From contig NC_045696.1 in assembly GCF_009834535.1 (NCBI RefSeq), positions 51,462,001 through 51,526,000 on the forward strand: 64,000 nucleotides of DNA. The letters run 5' to 3'. The stretch is from Camelus ferus. Taxonomy: Eukaryota. Below the pieces are notes generated by a model. That model saw only the letters and a list, made by a program, of their open reading frames with translations, ran no database searches and had not been told where the DNA came from. Shown here piece by piece: positions 48,880 through 62,239 of this stretch. Positions within the stretch are counted from its first letter, which is position 1; every line of letters starts with the position of its first letter. The position numbers were made by a program, and so were the translations under genes.

Positions 48880-50175
48880 ATCTTGGGAAAGAATAGTGCT
48901 TTCAACATATGGTGCTGGGACAGGTGGATCCACATGTGAAAGAAAGAATTTGGATCCTTATCTTACCTATATACAAAAATTAATTCAAAATGGGTCATAG
49001 AATCAAAGGTAAGAACTAAAACTATAAAACCTTAGAAGAAAACATAGGAGTTACTTTCTGTCATCTTTGGCTAGGTAATGGTTTCTTAGACATGGTACCA
49101 AAAGCATGAGCAGCAAAAGAAAAAATAAAAATTTTTCATCAAAAATCATCAAAATTAAAAACTTTTCTGTTTCAAAGGATATCACTGATAAAGTAAAAAG
49201 GCAAACCATAGACTAGGAGAAAATATTTGTGAATGGTATATTTGATGAGGGATTTGTAGCCAGAATGTATAAATAACTCTTGCAACTAAATAATCAAAAG
49301 ACAAAAAGCCCAATTTAAATGGGCAAAGGATTTGAATAGTTATTTCTCCATAAAGGATAAACAAATAGCCAATAAACAGCACATGAGAAGATGCACTCAC
49401 ATCATTAAGCATTAGGGAAGTGAAAATCAAAACCACAATGAGAAAACCACTTCACACCTACCAGGATGACTAAAATTAAGAAGACAAGAGCGAGTGTTGG
49501 TGAGCATGTGGAGAAATTGTAAACCTTATACATCACTGGTGGGAATGTAAAGTGGTGAAGACATTTTTGAAAGAGGTCTTGTGTAGTCTTGTAGTTCCTC
49601 AAAAATTTAAATGTAGAGTTACCACAGGACCCAGAAACTTTACTCCTAGGTCTATACCCAAGAGAAATGAAAAAAAATATGTCCGCATAAAAACCTGTAC
49701 ATAAATGTTCATAGCAGCATGATTTATAACAACAAAAAAGTGGAAACAACTCAAATGTCTGTCAATTGATTAATGGATAAGTAAAATATGATATATCCAT
49801 ACAGTGGAATATTATTCAGTCATGAAGAGTGAAGTATTGATAGGCGCTCCAACATGGAAACACTTTGAAAACATCATGCTATGTGAAAGAATTCAGTCAC
49901 AAAAGAACACAGGTTGTCTGATTCTGTCTATATGAATTGTCCAGAATACATGCATCTATAGAGACAGAAAGTAGGGCTAGGGGTGAGAAGAAGGGATGGG
50001 TTGACTGCTAAGGGTTATAGGGCTTCAAAACTTTGGGGGTGAGGAATATGCTCTAAAATTATATTGTGATAGTTGGGCAACTCTCTGAGTATGCACAAAA
50101 CCATTTGAATTCTATATTTTAAATGGGTAAATTTTATGTACATGAACTACATCTCAATAAGACTTAAAAAATAAA
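48880..50175 (+). mobile_element. L1MB-type ORF2 end and 3' UTR
   Basis: ttcaac..atggtgctggga...tagaagaaaacatagg...aaatgttcatagcagcat...atctcaataa. Confidence 0.92.
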
Positions 50176-50425
50176 GAACTATATTCAAGTTTTCAAAGAA
50201 CATTTCATTTCAGGCATATAGATAATAATAAAATGACCACTCATATACTTATCATGCAGCTTAAAGAAAATCCTACAGATGTCATGGAAACCTCTTGTGT
50301 ATTCTGTCTTGATTCAATTAACCTAACACCACCTCTGGAAGCAGCTAGGTTGTTTACTAGAAGTGAACATGATATTTTATCATTTGTTATCATTTCTTAA
50401 GTGTTTTATCCTATTGCTACATTTG

Positions 50426-50429
<4 letters not shown>

Positions 50430-50473
<44 letters not shown>
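50430..50473. repeat. (TA)n microsatellite
   Basis: About 22 TA units. Confidence 0.95.
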
Positions 50474-50476
<3 letters not shown>

Positions 50477-52139
50477 GAAAACATAGATATTTATTTATAA
50501 ACAGTATATAACTTGATACTCATATATTACTCCTTTTGTTTTTAACTTTTCTAAAGGTTAGATTGTTCAGTTTTAAATAAAACCTTGTATAGGACAGCCA
50601 CAGTGTAATTTAGGCTGTGTTTCCACAAGCCATGTGCAGATCTTCTTTCAGAAGCCCCAAGAAAGGTGAAGATCATTCTGCCTACAAGGTACAGGGTCAG
50701 TTAGGAAATTTCCCTCCTTGAATGACAGCTGCTCCATCACCTCTACTTCTCAGTGGTTTCCACTTCTTTTCAGAGGTGTTTCAATATGGTTAATGTTCCA
50801 CCAGTGAACTGTGTTTCATATATTCTAAAAAAAATGTGCATTTTATTTTCTAGACCTGTTTTGTTGCCAGTTAGCAGACACAGAATAGTCCCATCACTTC
50901 ATCTTAGAATCTGAGTCCCTGAGTCCAGCTCTGACAGTAAAGGATCCCAGTTCTGTCGCTGAGAAGACCTGGAGCAGGTCATTTCTACCTGGGAAGTCAC
51001 TGGGCATGGCAGGGTGCCCTTGGACTTCTCTCCCACCCAGTGCTAGGTCCTTCCTTCATGGGTCCATCTGTGCTCATAGGCCTAGACTCTGCAAATTTAT
51101 CCTCTACAAACATTCAGGTCAGAGAAATCTTCCCTCACCCCATCAGGTCTGTCTACCAGACTGTGTAAAGCACGAAGAGGGAGGAGGAAGCAGAGGAACT
51201 TACAGTGTGAGTACATCCAGGGCTGTGCTGTGGACCACAACGCTCCCTCCCCTTTTTACTTGGTGCTGATTGAAGAGGGGAACAGAGGAGTCAGAAGCAG
51301 GCCTGGGAAACAGAAGAGAACTAGGTGGCACCTAGCCCTGCCAAGATACTCCCCTTCTGCTGCTGCTGCCAACCCCCACACCTGATTGCCCGGTGGGGAT
51401 ACCACTCCTGTCCTGGGTCACATCCTGCAGATAATCTTGAATGCAGCCAGTTCCACTCCTCCCACCATAGCAGGCTTGTGAAGCTGGCCCTTTAAATACC
51501 TCCAGAAGAAGACAGTGGAAGAGAAAGGAAAAAGCAGATGTGCCCTGGGCTCTTAGCAGCAGGGTCCCCTGACCTGCAGCCTGGAAAATAAAAATCAAAA
51601 TAGTGACTTTTAAAGAGACTGACATAGGTGATATATTTCAGTGCTGGCACATTTTCTGCCCTCAGAAGGAAAAAACAAAAGCAAGTCCAGCAGAAAGGAA
51701 AGGTCTTGAAATGTTTTTAGAGGTGGGTTAAAACAGCTTTAAGCGCTGGTGGCCTTTGGATTGCTCCCCTTCCCCATCCCAGGCTCCTGGAGGAGGGAGG
51801 CCCAGTGGGAGCTTAAGATTGTATTTCAAGCAAAAGGAAACAAAGAAACAACTAAATCTCCCCAGGCACTTCTGGTGGTCTGCCAGATTTTAGAAACTTA
51901 TTAACTCAATTTCCTTCTTCCTCCTGTGGAACAGGCCTCCTGAAGTAGCATCCTTTCCGGAGTCACACGTGCCTTCCTTCACCTCTGGCTGTGCTCCGCC
52001 CCTGTTTTCATTCCCTCTCTAAGTATCCCAGGCCAACTAAAATGTCCTTTCCTCTAAAAATGCGGATTCTCCATGTTAGGAATAAATTCTCTTTATATTT
52101 CCCTAGTCCTTTATTCTTTATCTCTTTTTGTAATAACCA

Positions 52140-53096
52140 TTTTAAAAATTTGAAGCACAGTTAATTTACAATGTTGTGTTAGTTTCAGGAGTACAGCAAA
52201 GTGATTCAGTTATACATATTTCTTTTCAGATTCTTTTCTATTATGGGTTATTACAAGATAGTGAATATAATTCCCTGTGCTATACAGTAGGTCCTTGTTC
52301 TTCATATTTTATGTAGTAGTGTGTATATGTTAATCCTAAACTTCTAATTTATCTCTCCCCCCATCCCCGCTTTCCCCTTTGGTAACCATAAGTTTGTTTT
52401 CTATGTCTGTGTGAATGAAAAATATTGCCAGCCGTATCAGTAAACTAAAGGATGCTGTGGCCATCAAGTCATCAGCTGCTACACCACCCCCAACAGTGCA
52501 CTCAAGGGAACTCAGGATGGAGACAAGCAGACAGCCCGGCCTCTGCCACCCCCAACGGTGCACCCTGAGGGAACTCAGTATATGAAAGACAGGATGCTGG
52601 AGCTAGATAGCTAGGTGTATATCAAAGGGATGATTTCAGTGAGCCAGACTTTTGCACCTTTCCCATACAAAGGAAAGTGCTAAATTCCTTAACTTGAGAC
52701 ATTAGATTTTTCTTCAATTAACAGTAATCATTTGATGTTCCACCTGGTCTTTGTGGCAAAACTCTTATCTATCCTGGCTCCTCTGGAACACTCTCTTAGA
52801 ACGAGCTGAGAGGCTACCTCCCGGGTTTGAGTCCTCAGAAAGTCCACCATATAAAACATAACTCTCAACTTTTAGGCTGTGCACTTTTTAGTCAACACTG
52901 TTTCTGTTTTGTAAATAAGCTCATTTGTATCATTTTTTAAGATTCCACATATAAGTGATAACATATGATATTTGTCTTTGTCTGACTTACTTCACTTAAT
53001 ATGATCATCTCTAGGTCCATTCATGTTGCTGCAAATGCCATTATTTTGTTCTTTTTTATGGCTGAGTAGTATTCCATTATATATATAACAGTAATC

Positions 53097-53131
<35 letters not shown>

Positions 53132-54041
53132 CCACAACTTCTTTATCCAGTCATCTGTTGATGAACATTTAGGTTGTTTCCATGTCTTGGCTATTGTTAG
53201 AAAATGTCTTAATTTCATTATTTTACATGAAGCTGTCCAGTTTTCCCCGCACCACTTATTGAAGAGACTGTCTTTTCTCCATTGTATATTCTTGCTTCCT
53301 TTGTTGTAGATTAATTGACCATGAGTGTATGGGTTTATTTCTGGGCTTTCTATCCTGTTCCATTGATCTATGTGTCTGTTTTTGTGCCAGTTCCATACTG
53401 TTTTGATTGCTGTAGCTTTGTAGTATGGTCTGAAGTCAGGAGAGAGTTATTCCTCCCACTCTGTTCTTCTCTGTCAATATTGTCTTGGCTATTTGGGGTC
53501 TTTTGTGTTTCCACACAAATTTTAACATTTTTTTTTTGTTCCAGTTCTGTGAAAAATGCCATTGGTAATTTAATAGGGATTGCATTGAATCTGTACATTT
53601 CTTTGGGTAGTATGGTCATTTTAATAATATTGATTTTACCAACCCAAGAACACAGTATATCTTTCCATCTTTTGTGTCATCTTCATCAGTGTCTTATAGT
53701 TGTCAGACTACAAGTACTTTGCTTCCTTAAGTAGATTTATTCCTAGGTATTTAGTTCTTTATTGATATGATGGTAAATGGGATTCTTTCCTTAATCTCAC
53801 TTTCTAATATTTCTTTGTTAGTGCATAGGAATACCACAAATTTCTGTATACTAGTTTTTTATCTAGCTACTTTACTGAATTTATTCATGAGTTCTAGTGG
53901 TTTTCTGGTAGTGTCAGCATTTTGGAAGTCCTAGCCACAGCAGTCAGAGAAGAAAAAGAAATAAAAGGAATCCAAATTGGAAAAGAAGAAGTAAAACTGT
54001 CACTGTTGGCAGATGATATGCTACTACACATCGAATATCCT
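52140..54041 (-). mobile_element. Artiodactyl-type L1, 5'-inverted, internally deleted and interrupted by an LTR
   Basis: 3' UTR 52140-52409 and 52898-53200, ORF2 53200-53915 ([20 protein letters not shown]), then a plus-strand RT piece 53916-54041 ([22 protein letters not shown]). Confidence 0.92.
52410..52897 (+). mobile_element. ERV solo LTR inside the L1 3' UTR
   Basis: TG...CA block interrupting contiguous L1 text; probable TSD CTGT; internal duplication ccacccccaac.gtgca...gggaactcag. Confidence 0.8.
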
Positions 54042-55999
54042 TTATCTTCTGTCATCACGTTCACCTCCTGCCTGGTGATGAGAGTAATGGTGCCGGAGCC
54101 TCGCCCTCCCCAGACCTTAGCTCACAAGAGCTGAATGTCTGTTGAATTTACCTTTCTATCTCCCAGAGTAAGAAATACTGTGCCTTGCATGTGGGCCATG
54201 AGCGAATACATTTCTTGTCCAAATTGATTCCTTTTATAACTTAGAAAAAAGGATTTTTTCAGCTTTTGACCAATTAAGGGAAGAATGGGCCTAAGATAAG
54301 ACTGATCTGCCTGCGCAGAAGTCTTTCAGCACCATTTACTGCTTCAAACAGTATAAAGCCTAACAAACAACCAACAAACCCCCCAAAACATCGCAGGAGT
54401 AAAGCATATCCACTGGTTATCTGTTTCGGGAGCCAACTTCACTTCATGAGGCTCAGCTCTGTTTCTGCCTCGTGAGGGAGCAGTCTACTTTCAACACAGA
54501 AGCAAATCGTTCCTCCTGCCACAGTTCAGGACCAGCTCCTCCTCCTTTTCAGCTTGTGGGAGTTGCTGCTGGGCGCTGGAGCTACTTGAGGAACTCAACA
54601 CCTGCCTCTCAGATGCCCAGTGGATTCTGAATTCCTTCCCCATAGCATTTGCTATAGGGACGGATGAGTGTCTGTTTTTCTCAGAAGATATTCTTTCTGA
54701 CTGAAGGTTTCCCGTGTGCCTTTTGTCTGTTCTACTTGTCTGTCACTTGCTGACAGATTGCCTGACTCCTCAGGTTTTCATATAAATAAAGAAGTAATTA
54801 AATAAATATTTATTTGTTTATTGGCATGTTTCCCATTACCAGGCCAACAGCAAATCCTTCAGAGGTTGTTATAAGATGTCAAAGTCTCACTCTGTAACAT
54901 CCCACGAAAAACATTCAGAAATAGGAAACAGAGAATGCTTCGTTGCTTCTTGGTCTAGGAGGGTTTGACAACTCAAAGTGACAGTTTCTTCACTGAAAGT
55001 GGGGGATTAAATCAAATTATCCTGACCTATGAATTTCCCCTCACTACTTTTAGGCTATCTCAGTTAGTCTGCTGGGAGACTATAGGTCATGGGTCATACA
55101 GGTCCAAATGTGGAAAAAAAAAAAAAAAAGAAAGAAAGAAAAGAATAAATCTCCGGGTAGGAAGGGAATAGTAAAAAGAAAATGTTATCAGAAGCACAAT
55201 TCGTTAATTTATTGAACCATAATTACATTTATAACTCCAATTTGAGATTTCAAGGGCAAATATCCGACGGACCACTGTATTCCATTTTAATTCAATATTT
55301 CTCTGGATTCCCCACCTCAAAGTTCTCAAAGTCCTTTGCCAAAAAGTCTAGTCCAGTCTTGAAAGTTTCTAAGCATCTGGATGGATGATCACACCATCTC
55401 TAAGAACTCTTTAACTCCTCCCATTCCAATGTTTCCCAATAAGCCACTCCCAGCCACAGGATGTGGGCTACGATGAGGAAGGAGGGACACTGCACATAAC
55501 CCATACTGAAGTCTAATATGGGATCCCCACACTGTGCCTTCCCATTCTGGGCTGTGCTAGCTCTTGTTTTCTTGTCCAAAACAGGTTGCTCCATGGAGCT
55601 TATCTGGGGATGCGCTAGAATTTTTTTTTTGATCTTTGGTAGACGTAAGACTGATTTTTGTAGTGCTGGTCTCTGGAATTAGCCTTATACAATTCAGCCT
55701 CATTTATTCCAGCCCAGTCTGTCTCTCCAGACTCTTCAGAAGACAGTGCTCAGTTTTATAGGTTTTTTTTTTTTTTTTTATTGTGCCCAAAGTTTGATAT
55801 TCCTCCGTAGGAGTTGGTAGAGAATAGCTCTTCATTACTCTGAGTACTTCCCTGAACCCAGGAGCAAGCCTTCCCTGGGGAACCCTCTTTTCAACATTCT
55901 CCACAGAGAGGTCTACATCCTCTAAAACACCCAACTGGTCTGATCCCTCAGTACTTCTTAAATAGCCTTTTTGATTTATTCATTAAAGCTTCATTGATG

Positions 56000-56340
56000 G
56001 ACTCTGGTTATGGCCAAGATAGAATAGCTCCATTTCTCACTAGTCCTCCCTCTTTTAACTAAAAAAATTCCAGACGTAATGTAGCAAACACAGGGAGACT
56101 CTGAAAGGTAGGAAGAAAATGGTATGCTACCTTGAATCTCAGGACTTGAGGAAAGATACAATGGTGAGTTCCCTGGACTTTCTTTTTGCCACCAATATAG
56201 CCCAAACTACAGAGTACCAGAGCAGCCTTCAACCTGGAACCCCTGACAGGTGAGGACAAAAAAGGCTCCAAAAAAATTCTTCTCTCTCTAGTCAAAAGAC
56301 TGGAACAGAAAGTCTTTTTGATAATACCTGGCTTACTCTG
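56000..56340 (+). mobile_element. Old L1 5' UTR fragment
   Basis: ctctggttatggccaagat...agactctgaaaggtagga...ggacttgagga...atggtgagttccctgg. Confidence 0.55.
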
Positions 56341-56449
56341 GCCAAATAGTCAATACATTAGAAAAACAGTAATCAATGTGTAGTGACAGATGGATAAAGT
56401 ACAAGAGTGAATGAAGAGACAAGAGGGGAGATGTAAGCAGGGTGTACAC

Positions 56450-56960
56450 GTGAGGAGGACCTTGAGTGCCAGATGAAGCACCTTTGTTAAAAGTCTTTGG
56501 ACTTTGTTTTGTGGATTTAGAGACATTAGAGACTTGATTTAAGAAAGTAACAACAGGCTCAGGTTTGAGTTTTAGGCGGATCACTCCAAGGGCTAATGGG
56601 AGGCAATGGCAGTATTCCAAGTGAGAGATGAGGAAAGCTTCCGTTTGGGCAGAGACTCTGGAGAAGTAGAGGTGGGGAAAGATTCCAGAAGTGCAAGGAC
56701 TTGGTAATTGGATGTTGGAGGTAATGGTAAAGAAAAAACAAGGTGTCCAGAATGACATCTAGGTTACTAATTGGATGACTGTGTAGATAGCATGTCATTA
56801 ATGGAGACAGCAAGGGGAATGAGCCTGTTTGGAGGTGGAAATGTTGAATTTGTTGAGTGCACCTTTGAACATGGTGAGTCTGAGGTACCTGTGGGTCACC
56901 CAGGGAGAGAACTCCTCCCACACCATCAGCTGTACAGGTCAGAAGGGAGCAGGCTGGGAG
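56450..56960 (-). mobile_element. L2 fragment
   Basis: ggacttggtaattggatgt...gtccagaatgac...tttgaacatggtgagtctgaggtacctgtgg. Confidence 0.75.
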
Positions 56961-59762
56961 GAAGAAGTAGATTTAGTACCCAATTAGCATGTCGCTGACA
57001 ACCTGGGGACTCCTAGTCCTGTGCACATCAGTCAGGGATACATGACACACCCATAATTTTCCCCTGGAGCACAGAGTTATTTGGTCCAACCAGGGCCTTT
57101 TGGTCATTTTCTTTCCATGGTGCTATACATCTAAGAAAGAGCCTAGAATTTTTTTTTTTTTTAAACTGAGCAGCTAGTACATTTAATTAGATTAATTAAA
57201 CTCTCAGGGAGCTCCTGTCTTAAGTTGCACTCTTTGAACAGAGGTAAGGATTTATAAGACATAAATGGGAGCAACCCCACTGCCCCCAAAATACCCCTCT
57301 GATGTCTGGCTGGAGAGGGAAAGGATGAATCACTGTTGTAACACCAGGCATATTAAACGAGAGTTGAACAGGACACTAGTCTTACTTTTAGTTCAGTTGA
57401 GGGAAAAGGGAACTTTTGCCTACAAAAGAAGTGATGATGGCCAGAAACAGCCTTGACAGTGTGCCTTTCTCCAAAGATCCCGATAACCTTGAATCAGCCA
57501 GCAGCATATAGATCTCACATCAGCAGACATCAGATTAGGAAGTCAGCGGCTCTGCTCCCAAACCTTGCAGACACTCCTTTGTGTGCAGGAGCAGGGAAAG
57601 TATGATTCACACTCACAACCCTGACAATAAAGGCAGTCCCTGGAAAAGGATACAACTTTCCCACAAAGGTGATACTAAAATGTAATTAGTTAATCATTAA
57701 TACTATTACTTAAACCAGAGAAGAGATGAGGTGGTTGGTTATGAACTTAAGAGATGCCTTATGTTGAGCGAGAACAGGGAAATTTTAAAATTAAGTTGGT
57801 TATTAATGATTTGTTAAGCCCCAGTAGCTTGGTAAGCTCTGCAGTTGGTGCGTTAGGGAACACAAGGATGCAAAAGACACTGGCCCTACATTCTACAGTG
57901 TGGCGGGAGAGAGAGACAGACAGGTAGAAGTGAAGTTGCTGTTAAAATCGCTCCATGCCCTTTGAAGTCGCAAAGAAGATACTCAAAGACATGAGATAGA
58001 ATGCTTGTATTTATTCTGTGATTCTATTCATTTTAACTCATTTAAGCATTTTGGTTCTTAACACAGCCCGTGGAGGTTAATGAGTGGGATAACTCACAAT
58101 TTACTGATGAAGAAACTTAGTTCAGACAATTCCTAGTGCATGAGGTTATAAGACTTAGAAGTGGCAGGGTCTGTGACACCTCCTTGACTTGCCTTGTGGA
58201 AATGGCTTGCTGGTAATACGCAAGGAAATAGCACTGGGCCAGAAGACGCTTTGCCTGCCCAGGGCATGGACAAAGAGGGCAAATCCAGGGCAAGGAGCAA
58301 AGCAATGACTTTTCTCTTTTTAATCTGAGTTTCCCAGGCCTCCTCTGTAGATACCAATGGGGGCTCATTAACATAATAATTCAAATCTCACTCCCCTTTG
58401 CCCCCATCTGTTGGGGTAAGCTTCCTGCCCCTGGAACATTCTTCGCTAGCGATTTCTTGGAGGCCCAAGCCTGGGAAGAGGGTTCACATGGACTCTATGC
58501 CAGTGAAAACAGGCATCTCGCAGGATATGCTGTGGAAAAGGGGAGAAATATTTCCTTTCTTAGTGATAAACTCAGTTATAAGTGGGCCTTAAAGTAGGGA
58601 AGGGAATAGATCTTTAATTTTTTATTTGAAAGCCCCACCTATCATCAGAATCCAGGATCCAGACCATGTCTAAGGGCTGGGAGCTAGGATGGATCCAAGT
58701 GACATGGGCCACTCAGAATCTGACAACCACAGAGATTCTGAGAGCCGAGGCTTTGTTCGGAAGTCAGCCTGTCAGTGCCTTGTGCTGTCTTCTCTCTCCT
58801 GGGCTTTCCAGTCTCTTCAGCAAATAGGTTTCAGGCAGGCCTGCCCCATCTGGGTCACATAAGCCCATTTTCCAATTTTTAAAATAAAAAGAAGAGCCCG
58901 AGATGGGAGCAGGGAGAGTGGTATGCAAGATACAGAATGGCAGCTGAGGTGTGGGAGTGAGGGGTCTCAGCCCAGTAAAATAGCTCAAAAAGGAAAACAG
59001 AGGGGATGACAAAATGCCTTCCAAACTCAATGAAAAGACGGGGTGGGGATAGAAACTGGGGAAGTCAGGACTCCCTGTGACCAGAAGCAGCAGCCAAGCT
59101 AGTGAAGAAGGACCCACAACACCAAAGGTGGTGTGTTTGGACCCCCTAGGAAAGAATCTGAATGACTGATGGAGTCAGGTGTCCTGAAAGGGACCATTTG
59201 GTTTTTATAAACCTGCATCACAGCCCCCAAGAAGCAGAGAGGAACCCAGGGACCTGAGAATAACTGTAGGGTTTATCAAGCTCTTTTCATCTGGGTCAAG
59301 GTGACTGAGCAGTAGGCAATCTTGTGAGTGATATGACTGAACTATAAACAGCTTGCAGCAGTTTTAAAAAGGGCCCCAAAGTCTTTGAGACTCTTTCCTT
59401 TGAGAAGTAGGTTCCACGTCCCCTCTTCTTGAATCTGGGCGGGTTTGTGACTGCTTTGACCAACAGAGCATGGCAGTGGAGGTGCTATGCAACTTTTGAG
59501 GCTAGATCATTAAAGGTCATGTCTAGTTCTCTGGAGGCACCAGCCTCCAAGTAAAAAAATCTGACAACCCCCAGATGGCCACGATGGAGAAGTCGTGTGA
59601 CGGCTCTTCAGTCAACAGGCACAGCTGAGCTCAGCCTTCCAGCCATCCCCACCTAGCACCAGACAGGTGACTGAAGCTATTTTGGACCCTCCAGACCATC
59701 CCATCTGCCAACTGAGTGACACTGAGTGACATCAGGGAATGCACAAGGAACAAAAAACTCAC

Positions 59763-60542
59763 TGTATGACTTGAATTGTATTCCCCTCAAAGTTCATATG
59801 TTGAAATCCTACTCACCCCCAACCCGGTACCACTCAATGTGACTGTATTTGGACATAGGGCCTTTAAAGAGGTGATTAACATAAAATGAAGTTATACGAG
59901 TGAGCCCTAATCCAGTATGACTGGTGCCCTTATAAGAAGAGATCAGGACACAGACACAGGCGGAGGGAAAGACCCTGTGAAGACGTATGTATAAGGTGGC
60001 CATCTACAAGCTAAGGAGAGGCCTGTTAAAGAAAATTCCCCACAGACATCTTACTGATGTGGTAGGCTTCATCCCGCAGCATCCAATCTAGCAGAAAGAA
60101 TGGCGCTCCAAAGAGCTGTACAAAGTGAACGGGTTTTAAAGACCAAAGTGAGCTGAAACAAGGACGTTATACTGGGCATTTGCTGATCAATTAAGCAGGA
60201 TTACTTTTCTTATGTGGAGCGAAGGGGAGTCTTGGAACTGGTTCAGGTAACTTGTGCTGAGCAGGCAAACCTTCATCCACTGGCCTAACCATTCTTTTCT
60301 GGGAGAGCTGGCTGAGCAATGAAAGTTAGTTAATTTTTGGTTTGCAGATGTGGGGCTTAGTATGAGTGACTCCATCTTGGGCCTAATCTGGTTACTTTAA
60401 TAGGCCTCAGAAGAAAGCAACCCTGCCTGCCAATACCTCCATCTTGGACTTTTAGCCTTCGGAACCGTGAGGAAATTAATCTCTGTGTTTAAAGCATGCA
60501 GTCTGTGGTCATTTATTATGGCAGCCTTAGTAAACAAATATA
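59763..60542 (+). mobile_element. MLT1B-like LTR nested in the MLT1G-like LTR
   Basis: Perfect TSD CTCAC at 59758-59762 and 60543-60547; MLT1B-like text interrupted at GAGAGGCC|TCAGAAGAAA. Confidence 0.88.
60024..60402 (-). mobile_element. ERV1 solo LTR nested in the MLT1B-like LTR
   Basis: Inverted termini TGTTAAAG...CTTTAATA; 4-bp TSD GGCC at 60020-60023 and 60403-60406; gactccatcttg motif. Confidence 0.82.
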
Positions 60543-61294
60543 CTCACCCAGCTAAGAATTTGTCACAGAAATTGTGAAAGATAACGTAATGGCTGCTGTT
60601 TGAAGTCCCTGAGGTTTTGGGTGGTCTGTCCCACAGCCGTTGGCATGGAGTGTGCTGGGGCTTCTAAAGGGCCCCTTCTGGGGATATCGAGTTTTCTGTC
60701 CACATTGGCAACTCAGGGTAGACTGCAGGGGGCATCCTCGAAGAACCGATACTACCAGAGAGAGAGAGGGTGGAGTGAAAGGCCAGAGCCCAGACTTGGG
60801 GCTTTGGTGGCACTTGAAAACCAGAAACTTTTAACAGAGGTTTAAAAATATTTTCTCATTAGTCCGGGAAAAATAGAAAAAACTGCATACAGTGCAGCTT
60901 TATATAGCGATCTCGTGGCTATGTCATTTGGTCAGGTGGGATTCCTTGGGAGAGAGAATTACAGTACTGGATTGCAGGCTGAGGGCCCCATCTGACCTAC
61001 ATTCTGATTTTTTAGAAGAGTGATTATAGCTCTGGAGGCAGGGGTGAGGTCTCATGGCCTCCACCAGGAAGCACTTTTCTTAGCCTTGGGGGATATTACA
61101 TTACAGCTAATTACAGGCTGTCTGCTAAGATTTTCTAATTACTTCACTTACGTTAGTTTTGCTTTCCTAAGGAGTCCATAAATTTTTGGAAAGCATCTTG
61201 AGGACAGGGGTGCACATGTCTGGGTTTTCTACCCGGGCAGAGCCCAACTCGGTGGCAGCCACCCAGAAGACATCGGAGAGCAGAGGGGGCAGAA

Positions 61295-61510
61295 GAACGT
61301 AAGTCACTGTAAATGTGGGCGCTGGGGTCAGCCTGGTTGGGTTCAAATCCAAATTTTACTTCTTATTAGCTTCGTGACTTTGGGCAAATTATCTAACCTT
61401 TCCCAACTCATTTCCTCATCTGCAAAATAGGAAGACCAATACTACCTAACAGTACCAGCTTATAAAACAGTTGGAACTGTGCCTGTTCACATGGTAAATA
61501 CTCACATTCA
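61295..61510 (+). mobile_element. MIR SINE
   Basis: gggttcaaatcc...gtgactttgggcaaatta...tttcctcatctgcaaaat...catggtaaatactca. Confidence 0.8.
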
Positions 61511-62059
61511 GAAACATTTTTTTTTCTCTCATTTGATTGTAAAAGTTAAAGAGCTCCTACCTACTTGCTACTGTCAGGTTTGGGTTTGCATGTGGGGAGA
61601 GGAGCAGGGAGCAGAAGTTTCTGGAGTTCAGGGGGTATGGGTTTTGGAGAGATCTACCTCCCAGCTCCCCTTTGTGTAGCCTGGGTGAATTTGCAAACAC
61701 GCACATCTGTGACATAGGCCCATGGGGCAAAGGTTTCCAAGGCAAAGCTGTCACTGCCTCGCTCCCCATACTCTCACTCTCAAGTTGACAAATCCCAGGT
61801 GACCATCTGGCTCCTGTATTAGACTGGAGGCTGCCACCAAAGCCAGAGGACTAAAACATCTACCTCGGCCCTCGCAGCAGCTCTGAGAAATTAAAAGGGA
61901 GCAAGTTAATTAGAAAATGCTTAATTAGGAAGCCAGTTCCTTAGAAGAAAGGGAATTAACTGAAAAATAGACCTTAATCAAAAGACGTGGAGCACAAAAA
62001 TCTGGTGTTGGACTTGGCTTGTACTAGCTTGTTCGAGGCGACTGGGCACTTCCCAACCT

Positions 62060-62196
62060 TTGTGTTCTGTGACAGTGTTTTGATAGCTTGAAATCACCAC
62101 TATGGGAATATTTACACCAATGACAGTGACAAAGGCTACAAACCTGGGACTTTTTTCTTGGAGATTTTTTGTTAATCATTTACTATCACACAATTG
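62060..62196. mobile_element. MER63-like hAT fragment
   Basis: agcttgaaatc...gggaatatttacacca...gctacaaa...catttac...cacaca. Confidence 0.65.
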
Positions 62197-62239
62197 TGAA
62201 GATCTAACTTGTGCTCCCGGTCAGATGTTCCACGTGCCT

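Larger units (their letters stand above)
59355..60645 (+). mobile_element. MLT1G-like LTR (59355-59762 and 60543-60645) hosting nested insertions
   Basis: cttgaatctgggc...tgactgctttgaccaacag...cagctgagctcagccttccagccatcc; resumes after the TSD at 60543. Confidence 0.8.

Noticed and set aside
53315..54134. ORFs with reverse-transcriptase/ORF2 similarity
   Set aside because: Short, broken L1 ORF2 fragments, not a host gene or a novel RT system.
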